DNA of 64,000 nt, taken from the NCBI GenBank assembly GCA_965221775.1, contig CBDCSU010000006.1:128001-192000 (forward strand). Reading direction: 5' to 3'. Shown here one piece after another: positions 9,497 through 19,991 of the stretch. Below the pieces are notes generated by a model. It was not told the origin of the DNA. It saw only the letters and a program-made list of their open reading frames with translations, and ran no database searches. Position 1 is the first letter of the stretch; each line of letters begins with the position of its first letter. The translations under genes were made by a program, and so were the position numbers. This stretch comes from Candidatus Latescibacterota bacterium (GTDB taxonomy: Bacteria; Latescibacterota; UBA2968; UBA8231).

Positions 9497-9787
9497 GATG
9501 GGGGTCTCTCAGAGTAGCCGCGGCCTGCTGCTCTTGCCAGCGGCAGCGGCACTGGCAGCGTCAACTCGCCTGATGGACTTCGGACTCAAGAACTGTACGG
9601 CGGGAAGGATAGAGGACGTTCACAAGATAATGGACGGCGTCCATAGTCGCGATGGCCATGTGGCGGCATCTTCCGCAGCCGTGCGCGAGCTCCAGATCCA
9701 GGGACGGCAGGATGGCCTGTGAGGGTTATATTCCTGAGCAGACGAAACAACCTGCCTGCCGAGAGTCCTCGGATCGCCGAACAGGAA

Positions 9788-10207
9788 ATGAACCCTCGCC
9801 AAGACCTGCACCAGTGCATCGCGAAGGTCCTCGAGCCTCGCTCTGAGGTCCTGGAGGCCTACCTGTTCGGCTCCCACGCCCAAGGCGTTGCGCAGCCCCA
9901 CAGCGACATCGACATCGCCGTGTACATTGACGAAAGCCGGGTCGAAGAGAGCGCCTTCGGATACCGGGCACATCTCACGACCGTGTTGATCGGCGGCCTT
10001 CACGACAACGACATCGATCTGCTGGTCCTCAACCACGCCCCCCCGGTTCTCTACTACCATGTGCTCCGCGACGGCATACGTGTCCTGTCCCGTGATCTCA
10101 TGGAGACGACGACCCGGGAGGGCTATGCGGTTTCCCGGTACTGCGACTTCGTTCCCCATCTGGCAAAGATGGACCTGCTGAGTTCACCCTCCGGCGGCGA
10201 ACAGTGA
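9788..10207 (+). CDS. mntA: MntA-type minimal nucleotidyltransferase antitoxin
   Basis: YLFGSHAQGVAQPHSDIDIAV (GSX10DXD); GTGA overlap with the DUF86 gene. Confidence 0.85.
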   Translation: MNPRQDLHQCIAKVLEPRSEVLEAYLFGSHAQGVAQPHSDIDIAVYIDESRVEESAFGYRAHLTTVLIGGLHDNDIDLLVLNHAPPVLYYHVLRDGIRVLSRDLMETTTREGYAVSRYCDFVPHLAKMDLLSSPSGGEQ

Positions 10208-10671
10208 CACCCGGACGGCCGAATCACTCTGCCGTGCGGCGCCACCTCACGGCATTGAGGTTCGCCGTCGGCAACTTGCGCCGGCACGCGGGTACAACGG
10301 CCACCCAGCTCCGGGATGACGCAGATCTTCGCTGGCTGATCGAGCGGGGACTTCAACTCTGTGCCCAGAACTCCCTCGACATAGCGACCCATCTGGTACA
10401 GTCGGATGGCCGCGATGCCGCAGACTACACGACGGCCATTGACCGCCTCGCGGAGATGGGCGTGTTGCCCGGTGAGTTTGCAGCGCGCTTCAGGGATGTA
10501 GCCGGGTTCCGCAACGTCCTGGTCCACGGATACCTCGATGTCGATCTCGACCTCGTTGGGCAAGTCCTCAGCCGGCACCTGAACGATTTCGAGATCTTCT
10601 CTCAGCACGTGGAAGGATGGCTTGCCCAGGCGGGGAGTGATCCCGAACCGAGCCCGCCCGCCCCCCCCTGA
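10204..10671 (+). CDS. hepT: HepT / DUF86 HEPN ribonuclease toxin
   Basis: FRNVLVHGY (RX4HXY), ERGLQL. Confidence 0.88.
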   Translation: MTPGRPNHSAVRRHLTALRFAVGNLRRHAGTTATQLRDDADLRWLIERGLQLCAQNSLDIATHLVQSDGRDAADYTTAIDRLAEMGVLPGEFAARFRDVAGFRNVLVHGYLDVDLDLVGQVLSRHLNDFEIFSQHVEGWLAQAGSDPEPSPPAPP

Positions 10672-10674
10672 CCC

Positions 10675-11478
10675 GTGCCGCTCCTCGGCAACATCGCCCT
10701 CGGCAAGTACGTCGCCGGCGACTCCCTCCTGCACCGGCTCGACCCGCGGACCAAGCTGGTCACGGTGACCGTCATGATGACCGTCGCCCTCGGCTCCCGC
10801 GGCCTGGCGCCGGTGGGCGCCTTCGGCCTCTTCGTCCTCCTCGCCGCGGGACTGTCGCGGCTGCCGCCGGCGCTGCTGGCGCGCAACCTGCGGTCCTTCC
10901 TGTGGCTGCTGGTGATCACCGCCCTGCTCCACGCCTTCAACACGCCGGGGCATCCGGTCTGGCGCGTGCCCTGGCTCGACCTTCTGGCGACGCGCGAGGG
11001 ACTGCAGTCGGCGGCCCTCTTCACCCTGCGGCTGGCGACCCTGGTCACCGCCGCGGCGCTGCTGACGCTGACCACCTCGCCCCTGGAGCTGACCGACGGC
11101 CTGGAGCGGCTGCTGCGGCCCCTGCGCCGGCTGCGGGTCCCGTCCCACGAGCTGGCCATGATGATCTCCATCGCCCTGCGCTTCATCCCGGTCCTGGCCG
11201 AGGAGGCCGAGCGCCTGCAGAAAGCGCAGATGGCCCGCGGCGCCGAGTTCAGCGGCGGCCCGGTGCGCCGCGCCCGCAAGCTCGTGCCGCTGCTGCTGCC
11301 GCTGTTCGTCTCCGCCTTCGCCCGCGCCGACCGCCTGGCGGTGGCCATGGAGGCCCGCGGCTACCGCGGCGAGGGCCGCACCAGCTACCGGCAACTGCGC
11401 CTGGGCCGGCTCGACGCCGCGGCGGCGCTGCTGTCGGCGGCAGTGGCCGCCGGCATCCTGTGGGTGGGCCGGCCGTGA
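10675..11478 (+). CDS. ecfT: ECF transporter transmembrane component T
   Basis: GDSLLHRLDPRTK, LRFIPVL, AQMARG and AMEARGY motifs. Confidence 0.92.
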   Translation: MPLLGNIALGKYVAGDSLLHRLDPRTKLVTVTVMMTVALGSRGLAPVGAFGLFVLLAAGLSRLPPALLARNLRSFLWLLVITALLHAFNTPGHPVWRVPWLDLLATREGLQSAALFTLRLATLVTAAALLTLTTSPLELTDGLERLLRPLRRLRVPSHELAMMISIALRFIPVLAEEAERLQKAQMARGAEFSGGPVRRARKLVPLLLPLFVSAFARADRLAVAMEARGYRGEGRTSYRQLRLGRLDAAAALLSAAVAAGILWVGRP

Positions 11479-12281
11479 GCCGCGCCCCCGCGAGTCCCCG
11501 GACCCTGCGCCTGGACCTGGAGTACGACGGCTCCGGCTTCGTGGGCTGGCAGGACCAGGCCGAGGGGCGCACCGTGCAGGGGACGCTGGTATCGGCGATG
11601 CGCGCCCTGCTGCAGGAGGAGGCCGCCCCGGTGGGCTCGGGACGCACCGACGCCGGCACCCACGCCCTCGGCCAGGTGGCTCATGCCCGCGTGCGGTCGT
11701 CCATGGAGGCGGACCGCATCCTCCGGGGGCTGAACGCCCTGCTGCCGGAGGACGTGGCCGTCCTCCGGGTCCTGGAGGTGCCCGCCGATTTCCACGCCCG
11801 CTACGGCGCCCTGGGCAAGCGCTACCGCTACCGCATCGACACGGCGCGCCACGCTCTCGGCCGGCACGCCGTGTGGACCCTGCCGCGGCAACTGGACCTG
11901 GAGCCCATGGCCGAGGCCGCGGCGGGTCTGAGAGGCGCCCTCGACTTCCGCGCCTTCTGCAAGGCCGACCCGCCGCCGGAGAGCTACAGCTGCCGGATCG
12001 ACGCCGCCGAGTGGCGCCGCCGCGGGCATCGGTGGAGCTTCGAGATCGAGGCGGACCGCTTCCTGCGGCACATGGTGCGGTCCCTCGTGGGGACCCTGGT
12101 GGAGGTGGGCCGGGGGCAGCGGAGCCCGCGGCGGTTCCTGGAGCTGCTCGAAGGCGCCGACCGCTCCGTCGCCGGCGCCACCGCCCCGGCGCGGGGCCTG
12201 TGCCTGCTGCGGGTGCGCTACCCCGAAGAGGTGGGCGGCGCCTCCGGGCCCGAACCCCTTGAGACGCCCGGCGCTCTTTAG
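11475..12281 (+). CDS. truA: tRNA pseudouridine(38-40) synthase
   Basis: LEYDGSGFVGWQ, GSGRTDAGTHALGQ, FLRHMVR; GTG at 11475 overlaps the ecfT stop. Confidence 0.95.
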   Translation: MSRAPASPRTLRLDLEYDGSGFVGWQDQAEGRTVQGTLVSAMRALLQEEAAPVGSGRTDAGTHALGQVAHARVRSSMEADRILRGLNALLPEDVAVLRVLEVPADFHARYGALGKRYRYRIDTARHALGRHAVWTLPRQLDLEPMAEAAAGLRGALDFRAFCKADPPPESYSCRIDAAEWRRRGHRWSFEIEADRFLRHMVRSLVGTLVEVGRGQRSPRRFLELLEGADRSVAGATAPARGLCLLRVRYPEEVGGASGPEPLETPGAL

Positions 12282-12299
12282 CAGGTTAGTCGAAGCCCC

Positions 12300-13409
12300 A
12301 TGAGAGCCTGGTCCCCGCTCATTCCGCTCCTGGTATCCCTGGTATCCGCCGGCGCCGCCGCCGAGGACCCGGTCACCGCCTCGCGCCGCAACGCCGTGGT
12401 CCGGGCCGTCGAACGGGTGCAGCCCTCCGTGGTCAGCGTCCGCGTCGTCCACCGGGAGCAGGTCCTGCGCAGGTACCGGGACCGCTTCGACTTGTTCATG
12501 GGTCTTCCCTTCGCCCCGCGCTACTACCAGAGCCATCGGGACCGGGTGCTGGAGGGATCCGGCTTCATCGTCGACGGCGAGGGCTTCGTCCTGACCAACG
12601 ACCACCTGCTGGGGCGCCGGGGCATCCGCAAGGTGGAGGTCTCGCTGCCCGACGGCCGGGTGTTCCAGGTCCGTTCGGGCAGCCGCGACGTGGCCCTGGA
12701 CCTGGCCGTCCTGAAGATCGAAGGCGCCGATCTGCCGGTTGCGCCTCTGGCCCGATCCGACCATCTTCTGGTCGGGGAATGGGCCATCGCCATCGGCAAC
12801 CCCTTCGACCTCGGTCCCACCGTGAGCATCGGCGTCATCAGCGCCGTCGACCGGGACTTCGAGGAGCCCCAGGGCGACTACTACTACCGCGACATGATCC
12901 AGACCGACGCAGCCATCAACCCGGGCAACAGCGGCGGCCCCCTGGTCAACGCCCTGGGCGAGGTCGTCGGCGTCAACAGCTTCATCTACACCGGCGGCGA
13001 GTACAGCCTCGGCTCCATCGGCATCGGTTTCGCCATCCCCATCGGCGACGCCCGCAGGTTCCTCGAAGAGATGCGCGTCCATGGCCAGGTTCGCCTGCCC
13101 TGGCACGGCATCGTCGACCTCCAGGACCTGACCCCGCGCTGGGCGAGCTACCTGGAACTGGACATCCGCGAGGGCGCCGTGGTCATGCGGGTCACTGCGG
13201 ACAGTCCCGCGTACGAGGCCGATCTGGCCCGCGGCGACGTGATCACCGGCATCAACGGCGAGGCCGTCCGTTCCACCAAAGAGGCCTGGAGCGTGCTCGG
13301 GGGACTGAGGGTCGACCAGACCTGCGCCCTCGACATCCTCCGCAGGAAGGAGCCCCGGACGATCGAGTTCACCATCCAGGAGCGTCCGAAGGGGACGAGA
13401 TGGAACTGA
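12300..13409 (+). CDS. HtrA/DegP-family serine protease with PDZ domain
   Basis: Signal peptide, GSGFI, LTNDH, DLAVLK, QTDAAINPGNSGGPL, one C-terminal PDZ. Confidence 0.92.
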   Translation: MRAWSPLIPLLVSLVSAGAAAEDPVTASRRNAVVRAVERVQPSVVSVRVVHREQVLRRYRDRFDLFMGLPFAPRYYQSHRDRVLEGSGFIVDGEGFVLTNDHLLGRRGIRKVEVSLPDGRVFQVRSGSRDVALDLAVLKIEGADLPVAPLARSDHLLVGEWAIAIGNPFDLGPTVSIGVISAVDRDFEEPQGDYYYRDMIQTDAAINPGNSGGPLVNALGEVVGVNSFIYTGGEYSLGSIGIGFAIPIGDARRFLEEMRVHGQVRLPWHGIVDLQDLTPRWASYLELDIREGAVVMRVTADSPAYEADLARGDVITGINGEAVRSTKEAWSVLGGLRVDQTCALDILRRKEPRTIEFTIQERPKGTRWN

Positions 13410-14045
13410 ATGGCCCGTGAGGGAGTCCCCTTCGTGGCCGCCGGCCTGTTGCTGTGCGCCGCCTGCTGGTACGCCCGCCAATGGAACCCCGCCCTCGGCT
13501 TCGGCGCGGCGGCCTTCGCCGCCGCCACGGCCTTCATGGCCTTCTTCTTCCGGGATCCCCGGCGGCAGGCGCCGGCGTTGCCGGGCGCCGTCGTCTCCGC
13601 CGCCGACGGCCGCGTCGTCTCCGTGGAGCGCCTCTCCCATGACGACTACCTCGGCGGCCCGGGCACGCGCATCAGCGTCTTCCTGTCGGTCTTCAACGTG
13701 CATGTGAACCGCGTCCCCCACGAGGGCGAGGTCGACTTCGTCGACCGGCGCTCCGGGCGCTACCGCGTGGCCTACGCGGAGCAGGCCTCGGAGGACAACG
13801 AGCAGAGCGTGATCGGCATCCGCTGCGGGGACCACCGGCTGGTGGTCAAGCAGATCGTCGGCATCCTGGCCCGCCGCATCGCCTGCTACCTGGCCCCCGG
13901 CCAGCAGGTGCGCCGGGGCGAGCGCTTCGGGCTGATCCGCTTCGGCTCGAGGGTCGACCTCATCCTTCCGGAGTCCGCCCGGATCGAGGTCTCGGTGGGC
14001 GACCGGGTACGGGGCGGCGAAACCGTCATGGGAGTCCTGGCGTGA
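13410..14045 (+). CDS. psd: Phosphatidylserine decarboxylase
   Basis: FFRDP, SVFNVHVNRVP, IRFGSRVD (GS cleavage site). Confidence 0.93.
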   Translation: MAREGVPFVAAGLLLCAACWYARQWNPALGFGAAAFAAATAFMAFFFRDPRRQAPALPGAVVSAADGRVVSVERLSHDDYLGGPGTRISVFLSVFNVHVNRVPHEGEVDFVDRRSGRYRVAYAEQASEDNEQSVIGIRCGDHRLVVKQIVGILARRIACYLAPGQQVRRGERFGLIRFGSRVDLILPESARIEVSVGDRVRGGETVMGVLA

Positions 14046-14755
14046 TCAACCGAGGCCTCATTCCCAACCTGTTCACCGTGGGCAACCTGCTCTGCGGCTT
14101 CCTGGCGCTGCGCTACATCGTCGAGGGGAACTACGTGCCCGCCGCCTGGCTGATCGTCCTGGCCAGCGCCCTCGACAACATGGACGGACGCCTGGCCCGC
14201 TACATGGGCCGCGACTCGCGGTTCGGCATCGAGTTCGACTCCCTCGCCGATGTCTGCACCTTCGGCGTCGTCCCCGCCTTCATGCTCTACCACGGACTCC
14301 TGCCCACCGGGTGGGGGGCGGTCCTGGCCTCGGTCTTCCTCGTCTGCGGCGCCCTGCGCCTGGCGCGTTTCAACGTCATGAGCCAGGACGGGGGCAAGGG
14401 AGAGTACTTCACGGGCATGCCGATCCCCGCCGCCGCCATCGTCCTGAGCCAGTACATCGTCTTCACCGGGCATTCCTGGGCCACGGCCCACGCCGCCCAC
14501 CTCGGCGTGCTGCTGACCTTTGCCCTGTCGATGCTGATGGTCAGCCGCGTCGAGTACGACTCCATGCCCAGCTTCCGGTCCGGCGGGCTCAGGGACCGCT
14601 GCAAGCAGGTCTTCCTCGTCGTCGCCGTGGCCCTCATCGTTCATCCGGCCACGTCGAAGGAGTTCTTCTTCCCCATCGCCCTGATCTACCTGCTCTCCGG
14701 GCTCTACCGCTGGGTCGCCGGCCTGTTCAGCGACGAGGTGACGCAGCACGCCTGA
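14042..14755 (+). CDS. pssA: CDP-diacylglycerol--serine O-phosphatidyltransferase
   Basis: PNLFT, DNMDGRLAR...FGIEFDSLAD, LRLARFN; follows psd. Confidence 0.92.
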   Translation: MINRGLIPNLFTVGNLLCGFLALRYIVEGNYVPAAWLIVLASALDNMDGRLARYMGRDSRFGIEFDSLADVCTFGVVPAFMLYHGLLPTGWGAVLASVFLVCGALRLARFNVMSQDGGKGEYFTGMPIPAAAIVLSQYIVFTGHSWATAHAAHLGVLLTFALSMLMVSRVEYDSMPSFRSGGLRDRCKQVFLVVAVALIVHPATSKEFFFPIALIYLLSGLYRWVAGLFSDEVTQHA

Positions 14756-14772
14756 GGGGATGAAGGCGGCCC

Positions 14773-15054
14773 ATGTTCAGGGACAAGCCGGTCGGTTACC
14801 TGGTCCTCATCCTGCTGGTGAGCGCCGTCAGCGGCAGCGTCATCGGCGAGTCGCTGCGCATCGTCCTGCGCTTCGTCGCCGGTGAGAGCAGCATCGTGGA
14901 GCGGGCCCTGCTGGACTTCTTCCGCTACGAGATCGGGCCCCACCGCCTGGACCTAATCATCCTCTCCTTCCAGTTCGAGCTGGGCCTGAGCTTCAACGTC
15001 ATCACCCTGCTCGGCATCTTCGCGGGCTGGTACTACTTCAAGTACTCGTACTGA
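14773..15054 (+). CDS. Small membrane protein, DUF4321-like
   Basis: GSVIGESL...[23 protein letters not shown]. Confidence 0.65.
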   Translation: MFRDKPVGYLVLILLVSAVSGSVIGESLRIVLRFVAGESSIVERALLDFFRYEIGPHRLDLIILSFQFELGLSFNVITLLGIFAGWYYFKYSY

Positions 15055-15073
15055 ACCTTCCGGAGGACCGACC

Positions 15074-15367
15074 ATGTTTCCGAGTCACTGGGAATTGCTC
15101 ATCATCTTCCTCGTGGTCCTGCTCCTCTTCGGGGCCAAGCGCATTCCGGAGATGGCCCGGGGCCTGGGCAAGGGAATCCGCGAGTTCCGGGGCGCCGTGA
15201 AGGACGTGCGCGACGAGGTGGAGACGGCGGGCCAGGAGGCGCCGCCCAACCGGATCGCCACCCCCGCCTCCGGCTCCGTGGCCCGCGAGGCCGGCGCCTC
15301 CCCGGCCGAGGCTTCCCCCTCCGACGACCCGGGCGCCCCCCCGGCGCGGGAAGAGGCCCGCAACTGA
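15074..15367 (+). CDS. tatA: Twin-arginine translocase subunit TatA/E
   Basis: [34 protein letters not shown]; GGAGG RBS. Confidence 0.95.
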   Translation: MFPSHWELLIIFLVVLLLFGAKRIPEMARGLGKGIREFRGAVKDVRDEVETAGQEAPPNRIATPASGSVAREAGASPAEASPSDDPGAPPAREEARN

Positions 15368-16806
15368 GTCTCGCCGAGCTCACCGCCCACGAGGCGCTGC
15401 ACCGGCTCGAGGCCGGCGAGCTCACCTCCACCGAGCTGACGCGGCAGGTCCTCGACCGGGTCGAGGACCGCGACGCCGAGGTCAACGCCTTCATCAGCGT
15501 CGACGCCGACGGCGCCCTGCAGCGGGCCTCCGACGTCGACCGCCGGCGGCAGGCCGGCGAGCCCGTGGGCGCCCTCGCCGGGGTCCCCCTGGCCGTCAAG
15601 GACGTGCTCTGCGTCCGCGGCGGTCCCACCACCTGCGGCTCGGAGATCCTCCGCGGCTACGTGGCCCCCTACGACGCCACCGCCGTGGAGCGGGTGCGGC
15701 AGGCCGACGCCGTCCTCGTGGGCAAGACCAACATGGACGAGTTCTCCATGGGCTCCTCCACCGAGAGCTCCTGCTTCGGGCCGACGCGGAATCCCGTCGA
15801 TCCGCGGCGCGTGCCGGGCGGGTCGAGCGGCGGTTCGGCAGCCGCCGTGGCCGCCGACGAGACCGTCCTCGCCCTCGGCTCCGACACGGGGGGCTCGGTG
15901 CGCCAGCCGGCGGCTTACTGCGGCGTCGTCGGGCTCAAGCCGACGTACGGCCGCGTCTCCCGGTACGGACTGGTGGCCTACGCCTCCTCCCTCGACCAGA
16001 TCGGCCCGGTGACCAAGGACGTGGAGGACGCCGCCCTCCTGCTGACCGTCATCGCCGGCCGCGACCCGAGGGACGCGACCTCCGTGGACCGCGAGGTTCC
16101 CGACTACCGGGCGAAACTCGACGCGGGGGTCGAGGGTCTGAGGATCGGCTGGGCGAAGGAGTTCTACGGCCCCGGCCTCGACGCCGAGATCCGCGCCGCC
16201 GCCGAGGCCGCGGCGCGGCGGCTGGCCGGGGCGGGGGCCGAGATCGTCGACGTCTCGCTGTCGGTGGCGGGAGACCCGGACTACTGTGTCAGCTGCTACT
16301 ACGTGATCGCCATGGCCGAGGCCTCGGCCAACCTGTCGCGCTTCGACGGCGTGCGCTACGGGTTCCGCGCCGAGGCGCCGGACGACCTGCAGGACCTCTA
16401 CCGCCGGACCCGCAGCCGGGGCTTCGGCGCCGAGGTGCAGCGGCGGATCCTGATCGGCGCCTACGTCCTCAGCGCGGGGTACTACGACGCCTACTATCTC
16501 AAGGCGCAGAGGGTCCGCACCCTGATCCGGCGCGACTTCGAGAGCGCCTTCGACAGCTGCGACCTGCTGCTGTCGCCGGTGGCTCCCACCACCGCCTTCC
16601 CCCTCGGCGAGCAGCTGGAAGACCCGCTGCAGATGTACCTGAACGACATCTACACCACGTCTCTGAACCTGGCCGGCCTGCCCGGCATCTCGGTCCCCGC
16701 GGCCACCTCGGCCGAGGGGCTGCCCATCGGCGTGCAGCTGATGGCCCGCCCCTTCGAGGAGGCGACGCTGCTGCGGGGCGCCAGGGTCCTCGAGCAGGCC
16801 GCCTGA
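15364..16806 (+). CDS. gatA: Asp-tRNA(Asn)/Glu-tRNA(Gln) amidotransferase subunit A
   Basis: [45 protein letters not shown]. The conserved N-terminus extends back to CTG 15364. Confidence 0.95.
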   Translation: MSLAELTAHEALHRLEAGELTSTELTRQVLDRVEDRDAEVNAFISVDADGALQRASDVDRRRQAGEPVGALAGVPLAVKDVLCVRGGPTTCGSEILRGYVAPYDATAVERVRQADAVLVGKTNMDEFSMGSSTESSCFGPTRNPVDPRRVPGGSSGGSAAAVAADETVLALGSDTGGSVRQPAAYCGVVGLKPTYGRVSRYGLVAYASSLDQIGPVTKDVEDAALLLTVIAGRDPRDATSVDREVPDYRAKLDAGVEGLRIGWAKEFYGPGLDAEIRAAAEAAARRLAGAGAEIVDVSLSVAGDPDYCVSCYYVIAMAEASANLSRFDGVRYGFRAEAPDDLQDLYRRTRSRGFGAEVQRRILIGAYVLSAGYYDAYYLKAQRVRTLIRRDFESAFDSCDLLLSPVAPTTAFPLGEQLEDPLQMYLNDIYTTSLNLAGLPGISVPAATSAEGLPIGVQLMARPFEEATLLRGARVLEQAA

Positions 16807-16811
16807 CGACC

Positions 16812-17744
16812 ATGGAGTCCGCCATGTCCTCCACCGCCCTGCGCCTCGCCCTGGTGGCGGGGCTCCTCGCCGCCCCGGCGGCGGCGATCAACGAGAACGC
16901 CGGCACCGCCGGGTTCAGCTTCCTCAAGATCGGCGTCGGCGCGAGAGCCGCCGCCCTCGGGGGCGCCTTCACCGCCGTTCCCGGCGATCTCGAGTCGGCG
17001 GCCTGGAACCCGGCCGGCGTCTACGAGACAGGCGGCCGCTCGGCGGCGGTCTCCCTCACCCGCTACGTCATCGACACGCAGGCCGGGTTCCTCGCCGTGG
17101 GCCTGCCGGAGGGGCCGCGGATGTGGGCGCTGAGCGCCAACTACGTCACCTACGGCGAGATGGCGCACACCGACGAGGACGGCCAGGACCTGGGCACCTT
17201 CGCCGCCTTCGACATGGCCACCGCCGTGACCGCGGCGCAGAAGGTCTGGCAGGACCGCCTCACCCTCGGCGGCAGCGCCAAGTGGATCTACTCCGGCATC
17301 CACGACTACACCTCCGACGCCTGGGCCGTCGACCTCGGCTTTCTGATCCGCGGTCCGGTGGCGGGGATGACCTTCGGCGGCTCCATCTCCAACCTCGGGT
17401 CGGTGCGCAGCGGCTTCACCGAGGGCTACGAGGACGCCCTGCCCGTCCTCATGCGCGCCGGCGTCAGCCATCACCCCGCCCACTTCCCCATCCCCCTCAT
17501 GCTCTCCGTCGACTTCACCGTGCCCAACGACAACGACCCCTACGTCACCCTCGGGGCGGAGCTGCAGCTGGCGGGGGGCCTCTACCTGCGCCCCGGCTAC
17601 AGCCTCCGGCAGGAGGGCGAGGAGACCCTCGGGCTGTCCACGGGCGGCGGTGTCGAGATGAACAACCTGCGGGTCGACTACGCCTACTCCTCCCTGCCCG
17701 CCCTCGGCCGCATCCACCGTCTGAGCCTCAGGGGACGGATCTAG
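16812..17744 (+). CDS. PorV/PorQ-family outer membrane beta-barrel (type IX secretion-associated)
   Basis: AGTAGFSFLKIGVGARAAALGGAF...WNPAG and C-terminal DYAY...LGRIHRLSL. Confidence 0.8.
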   Translation: MESAMSSTALRLALVAGLLAAPAAAINENAGTAGFSFLKIGVGARAAALGGAFTAVPGDLESAAWNPAGVYETGGRSAAVSLTRYVIDTQAGFLAVGLPEGPRMWALSANYVTYGEMAHTDEDGQDLGTFAAFDMATAVTAAQKVWQDRLTLGGSAKWIYSGIHDYTSDAWAVDLGFLIRGPVAGMTFGGSISNLGSVRSGFTEGYEDALPVLMRAGVSHHPAHFPIPLMLSVDFTVPNDNDPYVTLGAELQLAGGLYLRPGYSLRQEGEETLGLSTGGGVEMNNLRVDYAYSSLPALGRIHRLSLRGRI

Positions 17745-17778
17745 GCGTCGAGAGCCTGGAGGCCCTCCGGGCGGCGGG

Positions 17779-18513
17779 TCAGGGGCCCTCCTCGGCGCGC
17801 CCCGTCATCGGCACGAAACGCACCGGCAGCAGGCGCTCGAGGGCGGTCTCCCCGCCCTCGTCGCGGGTGATGCGGATCAGCTCCTGGTAGCTCTCGCCCA
17901 CCGGCATGACCAGCCGGCCCCCCGGGGCCAGCTGCTCCACCAGCCGCGGCGGCACGTGGTCGGGCGCCGCCGTGACCATGATCCCGTCGAAGGGGGCGTG
18001 CTCCGGCCACCCGAAGTAGCCGTCCCCGGCGCGCACCCGAACGTTGTCGTACCCGAGGACGGAGAGCCGCTCCCCGGCCTGCTCGGCGAGGGCGGGAAGG
18101 ATCTCGATGCTGTAGACCTCGGCGGCGAGGTGGGAGAGGACCGCCGCCTGGTACCCGGAGCCGGTGCCGATCTCGAGGACGCGGTCGCCTTCCTCGACCT
18201 GGAGGGCCTGGGTCATGTAGGCGACGATGTAGGGCTGGGAGATCGTCTGCCGCAGACCGATGGGCAGCGGGTGGTCGGCATAGGCGCGGAAGCGCTCCGA
18301 CTCCGGGACGAAGAGGTGCCGGGGCACCCGCTCCATGACCGCGAGGACCGCCTCGTCGGTGATGTCGCGGGCCTGCAGCTGGGTGCGCACCATCTCCCGG
18401 CGCGGCCCCTCCCAGGCGTCGGCCGGGATTCCCGGCGCGCCCGGGTCGGGGCGGCACGAGAGCAGCGCCGCCGTCAGGATGCACGCCGAGGCGGAGACTC
18501 TCACGGCTCGCAC
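17779..18513 (-). CDS. pcm: Protein-L-isoaspartate O-methyltransferase
   Basis: VPRHLFV, QTISQPYIVA, VLEIGTGSGYQAA, VRFVPM; lipoprotein-like N-terminus. Confidence 0.95.
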   Translation of the reverse strand: MRAVRVSASACILTAALLSCRPDPGAPGIPADAWEGPRREMVRTQLQARDITDEAVLAVMERVPRHLFVPESERFRAYADHPLPIGLRQTISQPYIVAYMTQALQVEEGDRVLEIGTGSGYQAAVLSHLAAEVYSIEILPALAEQAGERLSVLGYDNVRVRAGDGYFGWPEHAPFDGIMVTAAPDHVPPRLVEQLAPGGRLVMPVGESYQELIRITRDEGGETALERLLPVRFVPMTGRAEEGP

Positions 18514-18522
18514 GGCGAACCC

Positions 18523-18972
18523 TCAGCTCTCGTAGGCCTCGCGGAAGGCCTTCAGCGTCTCCCGGAGGGCGGCCGGGTGGTCCAGGTCGATGGTCTGCTT
18601 GCTCTTCATGGCGTGGACGATCAGCTTGTGGAGCCGCGCGAGCTGATCGCGGTAGGCCTCGACCGCCGCCGCGTCGCCCTCGTCGGGCAGCTTGATGCGC
18701 TGGGCGAGGAAGTACTGGGCCACGCTCTCGCGGATGCGGTCGGCGTGGACCTCCTTGTTCATCACCCAGCGGGCGATCTGGTTGGCGTTGGCCCCCGGAT
18801 CGGCGGAGAGTTCCGCGATCTGCCGCATCGACTTCTCCACCGTGCGGATGTCCTCGTCGAGGGCGGCGAAGCGCAGGTCGTCTCCATAGATGCCGCAGGG
18901 GATCTCGCAATGGCCGTAGGCGCCGGCGGCGCCGATGAAGAGGGCCGCACACAGGATCGCTAGCCTGGACAT
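18523..18972 (-). CDS. sodN: Nickel superoxide dismutase
   Basis: Signal peptide followed by Ni-hook HCEIPCGIY; RWVMNKEVHA; YFLAQRIK; GAGGAG RBS. Confidence 0.9.
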   Translation of the reverse strand: MSRLAILCAALFIGAAGAYGHCEIPCGIYGDDLRFAALDEDIRTVEKSMRQIAELSADPGANANQIARWVMNKEVHADRIRESVAQYFLAQRIKLPDEGDAAAVEAYRDQLARLHKLIVHAMKSKQTIDLDHPAALRETLKAFREAYES

Positions 18973-19918
18973 GACACGTTCTCCTCTCTGGTGTCGGGGT
19001 TCCGCAATCTTACCCGCCCTCCTCCTGATCTGCAACCAGGGGTGCGGTCCCGCGGCGCAGACCGGCGCGTCCGCGAGCGAGGAGCTCTACGTCAGCCGGG
19101 TCCTGCTGCCTCCCGGCGTGTTCACCGGCGGCATCGAGGGGCCTGTCTGCGACGGCGCCGGCAACCTCTACGCCGTCAACTACGGCCGGTCCGGCACGAT
19201 CGGCAGGGTGACGCCCGGCGGCGAGGCGGGCCTCTTCCTGCAGCTGCCGCCGGGCAGCACCGGCAACGGCCTCCGCTTCGACCGCCGGGGGCGCCTGCTG
19301 GTGGCCGACTACACCGGCCACAACGTGCTCCGCGTCGACATGGCGACGCGCGCCGTCGAGGTCCTGGCCCACGAGCCGGCCTTCCACCAGCCCAACGACA
19401 TCGCCGTCACCGCGGCCGACGTGATCTACGCCAGCGATCCGGACTGGGGCGGGTCCACGGGCCGGGTGTGGCGCGTCGACCCGGACGGCGAGGTGACCCT
19501 GGTGCTGGCGGGCATGGGGACCACCAACGGCATCGAGGTCGGCCCCGGGGACCGGACCCTGTACGTGAACGAGTCGGTGCAGCGCAGCGTGTGGGCCTTC
19601 GACCTGGAGGAGGACGGCACCCTGGCCAACCGGCGCCTCCTCGTCGGCTTTGCCGACCACGGCCTCGACGGCATGCGCTGCGACGCGGCCGGGAACCTCT
19701 ACGTCACCCGCTACGGCAAGGGCACCGTCGCCAAGCTCTCGCCGGAGGGCGAGCTGCTGCGGGAGGTGGCGCTCACCGGGGAGAGGCCGAGCAATCTCGC
19801 CTTCGGCGGGCCCGACGGCAGGACCTGCTACGTCACCCTGCAGGACCGGGGCAACGTCGAGGTCTTCCGTGTCGAGGAGCCTGGCCGCGCCTGGGAGCTG
19901 GCCCGGCGGCGGCCATGA
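18971..19918 (+). CDS. SMP-30/gluconolactonase family protein
   Basis: IEGP, GNGL, QPND, TNGI and DGMRCD beta-propeller motifs; start codon uncertain. Confidence 0.88.
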   Translation: MTRSPLWCRGSAILPALLLICNQGCGPAAQTGASASEELYVSRVLLPPGVFTGGIEGPVCDGAGNLYAVNYGRSGTIGRVTPGGEAGLFLQLPPGSTGNGLRFDRRGRLLVADYTGHNVLRVDMATRAVEVLAHEPAFHQPNDIAVTAADVIYASDPDWGGSTGRVWRVDPDGEVTLVLAGMGTTNGIEVGPGDRTLYVNESVQRSVWAFDLEEDGTLANRRLLVGFADHGLDGMRCDAAGNLYVTRYGKGTVAKLSPEGELLREVALTGERPSNLAFGGPDGRTCYVTLQDRGNVEVFRVEEPGRAWELARRRP

Positions 19919-19991
19919 GAAAAGCCCGCTCCCAGGAAGCTGGAAGGGGCTCTTTGACCCGGCGGAGCGATGTCGGAGAGAAGGCGGAGGT

